The notes below the pieces were generated by a model that saw only the letters and a program-made list of their open reading frames with translations, made no database searches and had not been told where the DNA came from. A DNA stretch of 64,000 nt from Klebsormidium nitens (Eukaryota > Plantae > Klebsormidiophyceae): positions 62,001-126,000 of the forward strand of contig DF237027.1 in NCBI GenBank assembly GCA_000708835.1. The letters run 5' to 3'. Position numbers and translations under genes: made by a program. Below are positions 61,401 to 64,000 of this stretch, one piece after another; the stretch's first letter is position 1; each line of letters begins with the position of its first letter.

Positions 61401-63365
61401 TAAGCCATGCTGTCTTTACTCTAGAATTTGAGCTTTGGCCTGAGACTTGGTTATCAGGTGCATACTTGGTGCCTGCACACTTTGTCTTCCCGTCACCTCT
61501 TACTTGTCAGCCCATACAGTTGTGCACCCCCTTCTCTGCTGCAAAATTCGTTGAAGCTCCCCACTTCCAAATCTGGGTAAGTGGAATTGCGGAAGTCGTT
61601 TGTCTCTTGTCAATGTTGTGTGCGCACGTCAATGATGGTATTATGTCGCTTGAGTCGACTAAGCATGGGGCTTAGGTACCTGGTTTTAAACCCCAACGAC
61701 TCAAGTTTTTCTGTATGGCATCATCCTATCACAGCTCTCAGATCTGGCTGATCCTTGTTTGGTCTTCACGTTTCTCTGGTAAAACGCTGATGGACTTCCA
61801 CTCTGATCTCAATGTGGTCAAAGCTTTAGTTGACTGCTCCTTCTGCCATTCAGGTTGGAAGCTTGACTCTCCAAAACCTTTTCCTTCCTGCAATAGCTAG
61901 TGGCTTGTAGACGGATTCCTTGGCCCCTTGTCAGGTCTAGAAGGTCTTTGGGTTCAAACCCCAACCTGTTCAACAACCTTGCGGAAAGAAATGCAGATCA
62001 TTCTTATCTTCTTTATGATAAAAGGTGATCTTTGTTTGGCCTTTGTCTAGGCCTATCTGGGTTCAAACCCCAGCAAGATCACCTTTGCAGCCCTCTTCTT
62101 ACACCTAGGTTTCTCATTTCCATGCCCCCTGTAGACTATTCCTGCTGCTGCTACCTGTGCAATGAGAAGTCGATCAATTCTGGCCAGCCATTGACGCTGT
62201 GATTGAAGCTGTTCTCTGCAGTTTTGTCCGTGGTCTTCAGGGAAAAGGCCCGCAGCTTACCGAGTAGTAATTGTAACAGTGTCAAGAACGCATGACCATT
62301 CTCTGCCTTGCCTTCAGTCCTTTCTCTCCTGCTCTAGTAAACAAAGCTTCTGCTTTAGATTTTTGAAGTGGCCCATTGGGCTGACTTCTTGTTGCAAGAA
62401 TGTCGAGATCTTTCCATACGCACTCATCGGGCAATATCTGACAAGCGCTTGTTTAAATTTTGAAGCATAGGAGAAAGCTCTCTGAAACGTTGTCTTCCTG
62501 ATCGTATTCTTCGTCAAGTCAATATTGCCTACCTTGACTGGGGGTAATAAACAGCACTTTCTTGTGTTTCTGGATGGAATGAAGCAGCTCGACCAACTTT
62601 TTGAAAGTCTAGGCCATAAAACCACTGTCGTTTAGATCATCAGCTTGGCGCAAAAAATCCGTTGCTATTGTGTACGGAACAAATATTTTAAAAATTCACC
62701 TCCCTTTCTTAAATTGCTTACCTCCTGCTGTCACTTGCAGATTTGTGGTCCAGTCAGCAAACGCCCGTTGCCTTTGAAGTTTCTGACTCCGCATTTGTAC
62801 GCCTTGCTCTTCCTCCCCTAGAACAAATACGACATTCTTCCTCTGTTCATCACATTAGCAGCAATGAGTTCTTTAAAATTGTCTCCATTTACACCGGTAT
62901 CACCTCAGAGTTTCCGTTTATGAAACCCCAACACTAACCCTCTCAAACCCCCTTCCGAGCTCAGGGAAGTAGCGTCCGAGCTCCAGAAGGCAGGTGCCCA
63001 GTGGATCCAGTTCGACGAGCCCATCCTAGTTACGGACGTCGACGCCCCGGTGCTGGACGCCCTCAAGACGGCATATGCCGCGATCGGAGCGGCCCTGGCG
63101 GGCGGCAAGACCCAGATTCTCATCGAAACCTACTTCGACTCGGTTAACGAAAATGCGTTCCAAACCCTGGTTAACATCCCGGAGGTTTCGGCAGTTGGCA
63201 TCGACCTGCAGCAGAAGCCGCGCAACCTTGAAACGCTGCGCAAGCACGGGCTGCCAGCTGGCAAGACCCTATTCGCCGGTGTCGTGGACGGGCGCAACGT
63301 GTGGGCCAACGACCTGAATGCGTCGCTCGAGGTGCTGCAGGAGTTGGAGGCCAAGATCGGGAAAG
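58430..63365 (+). CDS. METE: Cobalamin-independent methionine synthase, 5' part (continues beyond the window)
   Basis: Exons 58430-58785, 59062-59277 and 62965-63365. Motifs: [112 protein letters not shown]. Confidence 0.97.
59584..59659 (+). ncRNA. tRNA-like element (SINE head or pseudo-tRNA), copy 1, in METE intron 2
   Basis: D-arm GCTC-AGTGGAA-GAGC (A box), extended arm CTTGGCC-CCTCGTGG-GGCCCAG, variable loop AGGTC, T-arm TTGGG-TTCAAAC-CCCAA (B box). The acceptor stem is poorly paired, so this is not a canonical tRNA. Confidence 0.6.
60549..60624 (+). ncRNA. tRNA-like element, copy 2
   Basis: GTAGCTCAGAGGAAGAGT-G-CATGGCC-CATTGTCA-GGCCATG-AGGTC-TTGGG-TTCGAAC-CCCAA-CCTG. Confidence 0.6.
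61118..61192 (+). ncRNA. tRNA-like element, copy 3
   Basis: GTAGCTCAGAGGAAGAGT-T-TGTGGCC-CCTGGTCA-GGTCATG-AGGTC-TCGGG-TTCGAAC-CCAA-CCTG. Confidence 0.55.
61893..61970 (+). ncRNA. tRNA-like element, copy 4 (D-arm decayed)
   Basis: CTTGGCC-CCTTGTCA-GGTCTAG-AAGGTCT-TTGGG-TTCAAAC-CCCAA-CCTG, with only a remnant A box upstream. Confidence 0.45.
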
Positions 63366-64000
63366 GTGAATTGTTTCTCAACATTCTGTGCATCAATCTG
63401 ATCTATTACCCATACTCAGTCGACCTTCTGACATTTACCCAGTCTTTGCAAACTCTATCTTTCAAATTCATAGTCTTGTTGTGTCCGGTTCGTTAGACTG
63501 GAATCGTGCTCTCTACACAGGAGCTCTGCCCATTTTGACTGGTCATGTTCTGGATCCGTCATCGATTTCACCGGACGACACAGTCTTCTTCTCATTCGAT
63601 CTCAAACCGTGCTCGACCTTTGTCCAAGTACTTGTAAGACGTCAGCCATCCCAGCATTTAGAAGCTGACTTTATTGATCAACTTTTTCAGAGGCGATTGT
63701 GCTATCGATCTTCTGCGTGATTCCTCTTATGTTCGGCTTAGACGAGAAGATGGCCCTCAATTCCCATTCTGTCTGCTTCTCGCGTTACCTGACGTTTGCA
63801 AGGCCTCACAAATGAACACCACATATTTCAGGAACAACTATTTCTATTCGCGCCGTCAATCTTGGTTATGAAACAGCTTGCGAGTCTCGGACTGCAGTTG
63901 ACTTGCTCCTTCAGACATCGCAATCAAGTATCATAGGCTGCTTCAGCTTCTCGCAATGCCCGTTGCCATTCTCTGCAATTCCACCGCCTTTGTAACTGTC

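Overview
This is intron-rich eukaryotic nuclear DNA with GT-AG introns. The streptophyte-type proteins and a probable flagellar gene suggest a charophyte alga such as Klebsormidium; that identification is an inference. Recognisable genes, left to right: molybdenum cofactor sulfurase (ABA3/MOCOS, minus strand, running off the left edge); the meiotic RING E3 ligase HEI10; a conserved plant membrane protein resembling Arabidopsis At5g63040; an NADPH:quinone oxidoreductase; a long coiled-coil gene with two EF-hands (possibly outer dynein arm docking complex-like); an unidentified multi-exon minus-strand gene; and cobalamin-independent methionine synthase METE (running off the right edge). Three signals stand out. 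(1) A tandem triplet of spliced paralogs at 23.4-30.6 kb, each with an organellar transit-peptide-like N-terminus and a small 'L.P.VTGL...W.S...PR' domain that I recall from bacterial and phage hypothetical proteins. (2) 'Exon echoes': decayed tandem copies of splice-site-spanning exon edges that fill introns of the coiled-coil and QOR genes. (3) About 10 tRNA-like elements in one METE intron; the fuller copies have a non-canonical 7-bp stem/8-nt loop anticodon arm with compensatory changes. Also noted are a GTAC-rich region upstream of METE and a MITE-like inverted-repeat family. All exon models were derived by hand from splice signals and reading-frame continuity, and all family assignments come from remembered sequences, not database searches.
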